Shown here piece by piece: positions 9,982 to 16,547 of a DNA stretch of 45,132 bases. The notes under the pieces were generated by a model. It saw nothing but the letters and a program-made list of their open reading frames with translations. It was not told the origin of the DNA and made no database searches. Origin of the DNA: an uncultured Burkholderiales bacterium (GTDB lineage: Bacteria > Actinomycetota > Acidimicrobiia > IMCC26256 > JAOSJL01); NCBI GenBank assembly GCA_964424125.1, contig CAYRHS010000003.1, positions 1 through 45,132 of the forward strand, in the 5' to 3' direction. Each line of letters opens with the position of its first letter. The stretch's first letter is position 1. Both the position numbers and the translations under genes were made by a program.

Positions 9982-11057
9982 GCGGCATCGACCTGCTCGC
10001 CCTCACGGCCGAGCTCGTCGACATCCCTTCGTTGAGCCGCCACGAGACCGCACTGGCGGACCGGGTGGAACGGGAGCTGGCCGAGGTGCGGGGTCTCGAC
10101 GTCGTCCGGGTCGGTGACAACGTCGTGGCGCGCACCGATCTCGGCCGGGACCAGCGGCTCCTGCTGGCAGGCCATCTCGACACCGTCCCACCGCACGACG
10201 ATGCCGGTGCCCGCGTCGAAGGTGACGTGTGCTGGGGACTCGGCTCGGCCGACATGAAGTCGGGCCTGGCGGTGTTTCTCGCGCTCGCGCGGACACTGGA
10301 TGCCCCCGCGCTCGACGTCACCTTCGCGTTCTACGCGTGCGAAGAGGTCGCGCACGCCGACAGCGGGCTCGGCGCGCTGTTCGATGAGCATCCCGAGCTG
10401 TTGGTGGGGGATGCGGCTGTCGTCGGAGAGCCGACGGGCGGTCACATCGAGGCCGGCTGTCAGGGATCGTTGCGGGTGGTCGGTCGCTTCGACGGGCGCC
10501 GCGCCCACACGGCCCGTCCCTGGCTCGGCCGGAACGCGATCCACCGGTTGGGTCCGGTGCTGGATCGCATCGAGCGCGGCGGTGACCGCCGGGTGTCCAT
10601 CGAAGGTTGCGACTACCGGGAATCGATCCAGGCCGTCGCGATCGAAGGTGGTCACGGCGGGAACGTCGTCCCGGACCGGGCCCTGCTCACGGTGAACCAC
10701 CGCTTCGCGCCGGACCGCAGCCCCGAGGAGGCACGGCGCTACGTCGCCGAGATGCTCGAAGGCGCGGACGCGACCGAGGAGATCGACTTCGCACCGGCAG
10801 CGTCGCCCGCGCTCGACCATCCGCTCCTCGCGGCCTTGGTAGCCGACGAGCGCACGGAGGTCCGCGCGAAGCTCGGCTGGACCGACGTCGCGCGTTTCGC
10901 CGCGCACGGCATCCCCGCGACGAACTTCGGGCCCGGTGAGGCTGCGGTCGCGCACACGGCCGAGGAACACGTCGATCGTGCGCAGATCGAGCGCGTCTTC
11001 GCGGTCCTCGGGCGAGTGGTCGCGAACGGGCCTCCGACCGCTACGCTCCAAACGTGA
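9978..11057 (+). CDS. dapE: succinyl-diaminopimelate desuccinylase (M20 family)
   Basis: LLLAGHLDTVPP and GLGSADMKSG metal-ligand motifs. GTG 9978 overlaps the dapD stop (GTGA). Confidence 0.9.
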   Translation: MSGIDLLALTAELVDIPSLSRHETALADRVERELAEVRGLDVVRVGDNVVARTDLGRDQRLLLAGHLDTVPPHDDAGARVEGDVCWGLGSADMKSGLAVFLALARTLDAPALDVTFAFYACEEVAHADSGLGALFDEHPELLVGDAAVVGEPTGGHIEAGCQGSLRVVGRFDGRRAHTARPWLGRNAIHRLGPVLDRIERGGDRRVSIEGCDYRESIQAVAIEGGHGGNVVPDRALLTVNHRFAPDRSPEEARRYVAEMLEGADATEEIDFAPAASPALDHPLLAALVADERTEVRAKLGWTDVARFAAHGIPATNFGPGEAAVAHTAEEHVDRAQIERVFAVLGRVVANGPPTATLQT

Positions 11058-11650
11058 GCGGGCGAATCGTCTCGATCCCGGCCGACGAGCCGGTGTGGGA
11101 GCACGTCTACACGGTCGCTCCTCTGGTGATCGTGGGGACTCGAGAGCCCGATGGGTCCCACGACCTGGCGCCGAAGCACATGGCGATGCCGGTCGGCTGG
11201 CAAGACCTCTTCTGCTTCGTGTGCAGCCCGCGCCACGCCACCTACGTCAACATCGTCGAACGCGGCGCGTTCACGGTCAGCTTCCCTCGCCCGGAACAGG
11301 TGGTCGAGGCCGGCCTCGCCGCCAGCCCCCGCGTCGACGACGGCTCCAAGCCCACCCTCGCGGCACTGCCGACGACACCGGCGTCGACGGTCGACGGGGT
11401 ACTGGTGGAGGGCTCGTACCTCTACCTGGAGTGCGAGCGCGAGCGGATCATCGACGGGTTCGGCGATTGGAGCATGATCGTCGGCCGCATCGTCGCGGTG
11501 AGCGCGCTCGAGGATGCCCTGTTGCGCTTCGAGCGCGACCCCGCGGATCAGGTGCGGGCGGTGCCCCTGCTGGCGTTCCTGAGCCCCGATCGTTTCGCGC
11601 AGGTGGACGACAGCCGCTCGTTCCCGTTCCCCCTCGACTTCCGCCGGTGA
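11054..11650 (+). CDS. flavin reductase-like FMN-binding split-barrel protein
   Basis: The 198-aa product (LAPKHMAMPVG...HATYVNIVERGAFTVSF) resembles the Flavin_Reduct domain. GTG 11054 overlaps the dapE stop (GTGA). Confidence 0.7.
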   Translation: MSGRIVSIPADEPVWEHVYTVAPLVIVGTREPDGSHDLAPKHMAMPVGWQDLFCFVCSPRHATYVNIVERGAFTVSFPRPEQVVEAGLAASPRVDDGSKPTLAALPTTPASTVDGVLVEGSYLYLECERERIIDGFGDWSMIVGRIVAVSALEDALLRFERDPADQVRAVPLLAFLSPDRFAQVDDSRSFPFPLDFRR

Positions 11651-12840
11651 GCCGCACGCCGCAGCCCGAGCTCGTGCTCTCGTGGCTGCGGGAGCGTGCC
11701 CCGGAGATGGCGACGACGTTGCGCCGCTTCGCCGGCATGGAGTCGCCCAGCTCCGATCCGTCGGCGCAAGCCCCGGCGTTCGAGTTCCTCGCCACCGAGC
11801 TGGAGGCACTGTCCTTCGCCGTCCGGCGGATCCGCGGCCGCGAGGTCGGTGACCATCTCTACGCGCGGCCTCGCGACCGGGAGTACGGGAGACCGTGCCA
11901 GCTGTTGCTCGGCCATCTCGACACGGTCTGGCCCGTGGGGACCCTCGAGGAGATGCCCATGGTCCGCGACGGTGACGTCCTGCGGGGGCCGGGGACCTTC
12001 GACATGAAGGGTGGGCTCGTCCAGATGCTCTACGCGTTCCGCGTGCTCTGGGAGTTCGACGCGGAGCTGCCGGCCACGCCGGTGGTGTTCGTGAATGCGG
12101 ACGAGGAGATCGGCAGCCCCGAATCGACCCGTTGGGTGCGGTTGCTCGCGCGGCGAAGCACGCGGGCCTTCGTGCTGGAGCCCTCGTTCGGCAGCGAGGG
12201 CGACCTCAAGACCGGCCGCAAGGGAGTCGGACATTTCGTGGTGAAAGCGTGCGGAAGCGCGGCCCACGCGGGCATCAACCCGGAAGCAGGTGTCAGCGCC
12301 GTGCTCGAGATCTCCCATCAGATCCAGAGCCTGTTCGCGTTGAACGATCCCGAACGCGGCATCAGTGTCAACGTCGGTACCGTGGACGGTGGTCTCCGGC
12401 CTAACGTCGTCGCCCCCGAAGCGTCGGCCCACGTCGATGCGCGGGTCCTCACCGAGGAAGACGCCCGCGAGGTCGAGAAGGCGATCTTCGGGCTCGAACC
12501 GGCGGCCGAGGGGGTGACCCTCGACATCACGGGTGGCTTCAGCCGGCCACCGATGGAGCCAACGCTGCGTAACCACGTACTCTGGGAGCACGCTCGAGCG
12601 GTCGCGGAGCGGCTCGGCTTCGCGCTCGGAGAGACCGTGGTCGGCGGCGCGTCGGATGGCAACACCGCCAGCCAGCTGACGGCCACCCTCGACGGGCTCG
12701 GAGCGGTGGGTCACGGGGCGCACGCGCAACACGAGCAGGCCATCGTCTCGAAGATGCCAGAGCGGGCGGCGCTGCTCGCGCTGCTCCTCGTCGCTCCCAT
12801 GGAGAGCGGGGGAGGCTCGTCCGAGCCCGGGAACGACTGA
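11647..12840 (+). CDS. M20 family metallopeptidase (carboxypeptidase G2 / glutamate carboxypeptidase-like)
   Basis: LLLGHLDTVWP, PGTFDMKGG, NADEEIGSPES and GGASDGN motifs. GTG 11647 overlaps the stop of the preceding gene (GTGA). Confidence 0.85.
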   Translation: MSRTPQPELVLSWLRERAPEMATTLRRFAGMESPSSDPSAQAPAFEFLATELEALSFAVRRIRGREVGDHLYARPRDREYGRPCQLLLGHLDTVWPVGTLEEMPMVRDGDVLRGPGTFDMKGGLVQMLYAFRVLWEFDAELPATPVVFVNADEEIGSPESTRWVRLLARRSTRAFVLEPSFGSEGDLKTGRKGVGHFVVKACGSAAHAGINPEAGVSAVLEISHQIQSLFALNDPERGISVNVGTVDGGLRPNVVAPEASAHVDARVLTEEDAREVEKAIFGLEPAAEGVTLDITGGFSRPPMEPTLRNHVLWEHARAVAERLGFALGETVVGGASDGNTASQLTATLDGLGAVGHGAHAQHEQAIVSKMPERAALLALLLVAPMESGGGSSEPGND

Positions 12841-12850
12841 GAGGGGAGCG

Positions 12851-13876
12851 ATGTCGCCGCACTTCTTCACCAGCGTGACCCGGATCGCGGGACTGGCCGA
12901 ACGGCGGTTCACGACCGCGCTGCTGCCGCGTGATCACTGGGAGACGGGCGACTACGTCGTGGGCGAGATCACGGGGACCTCGCAGCGTCCCTACCGGATC
13001 GAGGTGCCGACCGGACGTCTGGTCGAGGTGTTCTCGGGCGACGAGGTCGTCGGGGCCCTGGGGACGCGGGCGGCGACGCTCGCTCTCGTCGGGAGCTGGA
13101 CCGACGTGGGTGACGACCTGCGCATGGACGCGCTCAGCATTGCGGGCGTGTTCGGGAGGTGCACCTCGGCATCCATGTTCCGGAGCCAGGCGATGCCGGT
13201 GCGGTACGCGGGACACGTCCAGGTGGACGGACGGACGGCGCGCATGCGCGACTTCGCCCTACCGGCCGTGCGCGTCGCGTACGCGGTCCCGACGGTCCTG
13301 ATCATCGGGACGTCGATGGAAGCTGGCAAGACGATGGCCGCGAGGCAGATCATCCGAGTGCTGAAGTCGCGTGGGCTGCGGGTCGGGGCGGGGAAGCTGA
13401 CCGGCGTGGCACGGTACCGGGACGCGCTCACGATGCAGGACGCGGGCGCGGATTGGATCTACGACTTCGTCGACGCCGGCCTGCCGTCGACGGTGCTGCC
13501 GCCGGACGAGTACCGGGAGTCGCTGCAGGCACTGCTCGCGACCCTCGCCCGCCACGACCCGGACGTCGCGGTCGTGGAGTCGGGAGCCTCGCCCCTCGAG
13601 CCCTACAACGGCGACACCGCGATCGACGTGCTCGGTGAGAGCGTGAAGTGCACCGTGCTGTGCGCGAGCGACCCCTACGCGGTCGAGGGGGTGATGTCGG
13701 CGTTCGGTTCGGAGCCCGACGTCGTGTCGGGGCGGGCTGTCAGCACGACCGCGGGCATCGAGCTGGTGCGGAGGCTGACGGGAACCCATGGCGTCAACAG
13801 CGTCGACCCTCGTGCCCGCGACGCCCTCGCGGCCGTGCTCGAAAAGACGTTGGATCTCCCGGCGCTCTCGCCCTGA
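12851..13876 (+). CDS. uncharacterised two-domain protein with dethiobiotin-synthase/CobQ-like P-loop (possibly DUF1611-like)
   Basis: 341 aa with strong GC3 bias. GAGGGGAG lies upstream of ATG 12851. The central motif IIGTSMEAGKTMAARQIIRVLKSRGLRVGAGKLTG resembles the GTxxxxGKT SIMIBI P-loop. The N-terminal domain of about 145 aa is not recognised. Confidence 0.6.
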   Translation: MSPHFFTSVTRIAGLAERRFTTALLPRDHWETGDYVVGEITGTSQRPYRIEVPTGRLVEVFSGDEVVGALGTRAATLALVGSWTDVGDDLRMDALSIAGVFGRCTSASMFRSQAMPVRYAGHVQVDGRTARMRDFALPAVRVAYAVPTVLIIGTSMEAGKTMAARQIIRVLKSRGLRVGAGKLTGVARYRDALTMQDAGADWIYDFVDAGLPSTVLPPDEYRESLQALLATLARHDPDVAVVESGASPLEPYNGDTAIDVLGESVKCTVLCASDPYAVEGVMSAFGSEPDVVSGRAVSTTAGIELVRRLTGTHGVNSVDPRARDALAAVLEKTLDLPALSP

Positions 13877-13909
13877 GCGCGACGCGCGGGCCGCCGCCGG
13901 TGTGGGCGG

Positions 13910-14536
13910 TCAGAGCCGGCGGAGCACGGTGACGACCTTGCCGTAGATCGACACCTCGTCGGGGTCGTAGACGAGCTCGTCGAGCTCGTCGTTCTCGGGC
14001 CGCAGGACGATCTTGTTCCGTCGGCGGAGGAACGTCTTGACCGTTGCCTCCTCGCCGGGGATTCCCGCGACGACAATCTCGCCGGGCTCGGCCGTGTCCT
14101 GGTGACGGGCCACCACGAGGTCGCCGTCGAAGATCCCGACCTCGAGCATCGAGTCGCCCCGCACGCGCAGCATGAAGAGATCGCCCGTGCCGGTGAGGTC
14201 CTCGGGCAGGGGCACGGTCTCCTCGACGTTCTCCGCCGCGAGGACCCCGGTGCCGGCGGCCACGTCGCCCACCAGCGGGACGTAGCGCACGGGCCGGCGT
14301 TCGACGGCGGCGCCGGACGAGGGTTCGAGCGTGACCTCGATGGCGCGGGGCTTGGTGGGATCCCGCCGGAGGTAGCCCTTGTCCTGGAGGGCCGCGAGGT
14401 GCGCGTGGACGGTCGAGCTCGACGAGAGCCCCACGGCCTCGCCGATCTCTCGCACGCTGGGCGGATAGCCGCGGCGGCGGACCTCGGCGTCGATGAACTC
14501 GAGCACTTGCCGTTGCCGCTCGGTGAGGTCCGTCAT
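13910..14536 (-). CDS. lexA: LexA SOS repressor
   Basis: MTDLTERQRQVLEFI...PPSVREIGEAVGLSSSSTVHAHLAALQDKGYL winged-HTH, then a C-terminal S24 peptidase (VRGDSM...VVAGIPGEEATVKT). ATG at 14536. Confidence 0.97.
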   Translation of the reverse strand: MTDLTERQRQVLEFIDAEVRRRGYPPSVREIGEAVGLSSSSTVHAHLAALQDKGYLRRDPTKPRAIEVTLEPSSGAAVERRPVRYVPLVGDVAAGTGVLAAENVEETVPLPEDLTGTGDLFMLRVRGDSMLEVGIFDGDLVVARHQDTAEPGEIVVAGIPGEEATVKTFLRRRNKIVLRPENDELDELVYDPDEVSIYGKVVTVLRRL

Positions 14537-14583
14537 GGTGTGCCGCTCCCCGGGCGCCCCGTCGTTTCGAGGGACGGTAACAC

Positions 14584-14612
14584 GATCAGGTGTTCGGGGC
14601 AAACATCTGTTC
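14584..14612 (-). promoter_or_regulatory. two LexA (SOS) boxes upstream of lexA, each one mismatch from GAAC-N4-GTTC
   Basis: The minus strand reads GAACAGATGTTT (14601-14612) and GAACACCTGATC (14584-14595), 48-76 nt upstream of the lexA ATG. Confidence 0.7.
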
Positions 14613-14656
14613 GCCCTGGGCGGACCGTCGGGCTTGGGTGCTTGTGCTCCAGGGTC

Positions 14657-14854
14657 GCCTACGACCAGATGCTCGGCGGCGAGCTCGCACCCGCCACCGC
14701 CGGCCCGGTGATCGGTCCCTACCGTGAGGTGCGGGACGAGGTGACCAAGTCGCTCGACGCGATGCTGACCGAGGGCCAGAGCCCCGAGGACGGCCTCGCG
14801 GGCGCGGTCGCGAACGCCGATCGTCTGCTCCAGGACTACAACGCCCGCGACCAG
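14657..14854 (+). pseudogene. relic of the C-terminus of an ABC solute-binding protein (family 1-like)
   Basis: A high-GC3 frame reads AYDQMLGGELAPATAGPVIGPYREVRDEVTKSLDAMLTEGQSPEDGLAGAVANADRLLQDYNARDQ, resembling the last helices of sugar-type SBPs. There is no N-terminal part, and the frame runs on into the LysM-gene promoter. Confidence 0.5.
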
Positions 14855-14891
14855 GCGCCCGGCCGTTGCCGTCGGCCCGCACCGCCGGGGC

Positions 14892-14937
14892 TTGACAGGG
14901 GAACACCTGTTCGTGTTTCATACGAACAGGTGTTCCC
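14892..14937 (+). promoter_or_regulatory. SOS-regulated promoter of the LysM gene: TTGACA -35 plus two perfect LexA boxes
   Basis: TTGACA at 14892-14897, GAACACCTGTTC at 14901-14912 and GAACAGGTGTTC at 14924-14935. The boxes are exact reverse complements within 15-nt arms (14899-14913 and 14923-14937). Confidence 0.85.
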
Positions 14938-15038
14938 TCCCCCCGATAACTGTCACACCCGGGTGGTTCGATCGCAGCCGTGAGGGGCGAGATCCCCAGG
15001 GACGACGCAACGCACCCGAGACGGAACGGAAGAGCGAC

Positions 15039-15371
15039 ATGGCCGCAGTGATCGCAGTCCAGCGTCCGGTCCGGAGCCGATTTCGACGCTCGGTGCTCTG
15101 GCGCCGACGGATCGTGGCGGGCGTGATCGCCCTCGGGGTGGTCGCCACCGCGGGCAGAGCGGCAGCCGCGCTCGGAGGCGGTCCCCTCGCGGCCTCCGGG
15201 GCGGCGCCCTCGGTCACGACCTACGTGGTCGAGCCCGGCGACACGCTCTGGACCGTGGCCGAGCGCCTGGCGCCGGAGTCGGACCCCCGGCCCGTCGTCG
15301 ACGCGCTCGTCGAGGCCCGCGGCTCGGCGACGGTGATCCCCGGCGAGACGATCACCTGGGTCGCCGACTGA
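15039..15371 (+). CDS. LysM-domain membrane protein (ChiZ/Rv2719c-like, SOS-inducible cell-wall protein)
   Basis: Arg-rich N-terminus, one TM helix (IVAGVIALGVVATAG) and a C-terminal LysM (YVVEPGDTLWTVAERL). It occupies the conserved position between lexA and nrdR. Confidence 0.85.
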   Translation: MAAVIAVQRPVRSRFRRSVLWRRRIVAGVIALGVVATAGRAAAALGGGPLAASGAAPSVTTYVVEPGDTLWTVAERLAPESDPRPVVDALVEARGSATVIPGETITWVAD

Positions 15372-15454
15372 CCGGACCGCATCTCGGCGCCCGCCGGCCG
15401 TGTCCCCCGGGTCGGTGGGCGTCGGGCGGTCCGGCGCGGGGATACCGTGAGCAC

Positions 15455-15931
15455 GTGCGGTGTCCCTACTGCCGGCAGGTCGACGATCGCGTCGTGGACT
15501 CGCGGCTCGCCGAGGACGGCGGCGCCATCCGCCGCCGCCGCGAGTGTGCGGCGTGTGGTCGCCGGTACACGACCTACGAGCGGATCGACGACCGGCCGCT
15601 CCTGGTGATCAAACGTTCGGGTGACACGGAGCCATTCGATCGTTCCAAGCTCGTGGCCGGCATCGACCGGGCCGTCACGGGCCGTCCCGTCCCGGCGGAG
15701 ATCGTGGAGGCGCTGGCGCTCGAGATCGAGGAGCTCCTCCGCAAGCTCGGTCCCGAGGTGACGAGCCAGGACGTCGGCTTGGCCGTCCTCGAACGGCTCA
15801 AGGCGCTCGACGCCGTCTCGTACCTGCGCTTCGCCTCCGTCTACAAGGGCTTCGAGGATCTCGCCGACTTCGAGCGCGAGGTGACGCTGCTGCAGAAGAC
15901 CACGGCGCCGAAGACCCGATCCCGTCGCTGA
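15455..15931 (+). CDS. nrdR: transcriptional repressor NrdR
   Basis: GTG start. Zinc ribbon (M)RCPYCRQ...CAACGRRYTTYER followed by an ATP-cone (SGDTEPFDRSKL...AYLRFASVYKGF). Confidence 0.96.
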   Translation: MRCPYCRQVDDRVVDSRLAEDGGAIRRRRECAACGRRYTTYERIDDRPLLVIKRSGDTEPFDRSKLVAGIDRAVTGRPVPAEIVEALALEIEELLRKLGPEVTSQDVGLAVLERLKALDAVSYLRFASVYKGFEDLADFEREVTLLQKTTAPKTRSRR

Positions 15932-15958
15932 GCAAGGCCGCATAGGTCGCCACCCACG

Positions 15959-16450
15959 ATGGCCGTCGAGGAGGAGCCGCCACCGCCCGACCGGGGCGAG
16001 CCCCGCTGGCGCCGCGCAACCCGCGCCGGCATCCCGGTCCTCGTCGTGATCGGCCTGCTCGTCTGGCTGCTGGTGAGCGCCGCCCGGGAACCGGCGCGGC
16101 TGCGCCTCACCGATGCGCACGATGCGGTCGTGGAGCTCCCCGACGGTGAGCGTGTCGAGGCGTTCGCCGGTCTGGCGTTGCCCGACGGTGCGGTCGTGCG
16201 CACGGGTCCGGGCGGTCGGGCATCGGCCGGCGACGTGGAGCTCGGGGCGGACGCGTCCGCGGTCGTGCGGGATGGGACCCTCGTCGCCGTCGCGGGGACG
16301 GCCCCGTCCACGCTCGCGCGTGTGCATCCGCGCACGAATGCGAACCTTCGCGAACGGCGTCTGACCTGGGGATCTCCCGACCGACCACCGTTGACACCGC
16401 AGAATCGCAGTGCTGTAATTCACCACTATCTCGTGGAGCCGAGTCATTAG
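15959..16450 (+). CDS. hypothetical single-pass membrane protein
   Basis: 163-aa ORF with good GC3 for about 125 codons and a TM helix IPVLVVIGLLVWLLVSAA. Its low-GC3 tail reads through the nrdJ promoter and NrdR box 1. No clear SD. Confidence 0.5.
   Translation: MAVEEEPPPPDRGEPRWRRATRAGIPVLVVIGLLVWLLVSAAREPARLRLTDAHDAVVELPDGERVEAFAGLALPDGAVVRTGPGGRASAGDVELGADASAVVRDGTLVAVAGTAPSTLARVHPRTNANLRERRLTWGSPDRPPLTPQNRSAVIHHYLVEPSH
16391..16419 (+). promoter_or_regulatory. nrdJ promoter (-35 TTGACA, 17-nt spacer, -10 TGTAAT)
   Basis: TTGACA at 16391-16396 and TGTAAT at 16414-16419, in a locally AT-richer patch about 130 nt upstream of the nrdJ ATG. Confidence 0.75.
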
Positions 16451-16467
16451 ACCACAAGATGTTGTGG
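16421..16467 (+). promoter_or_regulatory. tandem NrdR boxes
   Basis: CACCACTATCTCGTGG (16421-16436) and CCACAAGATGTTGTGG (16452-16467) both fit acaCwAtATaTwGtgt. Their centres are 31 bp apart. Box 2 sits inside the longer palindrome TTAGACCACAA-N4-TTGTGGTCTAA. Confidence 0.85.
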
Positions 16468-16547
16468 TCTAATGAAGGGGTGCGCGGGATCGCCACACGG
16501 GGGGAGCGCGTGCGCGGCTGAGCCGGGCACCGGAAGGGAGCAATCGG

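Noticed and set aside
16468-16547. Possible cobalamin riboswitch in the nrdJ leader (GCCACAC resembles a B12 box)
   Set aside because: The leader is only ~120 nt from the predicted TSS, too short for a cobalamin riboswitch, and the match to the B12 box is partial. Tandem NrdR boxes already explain the regulation.
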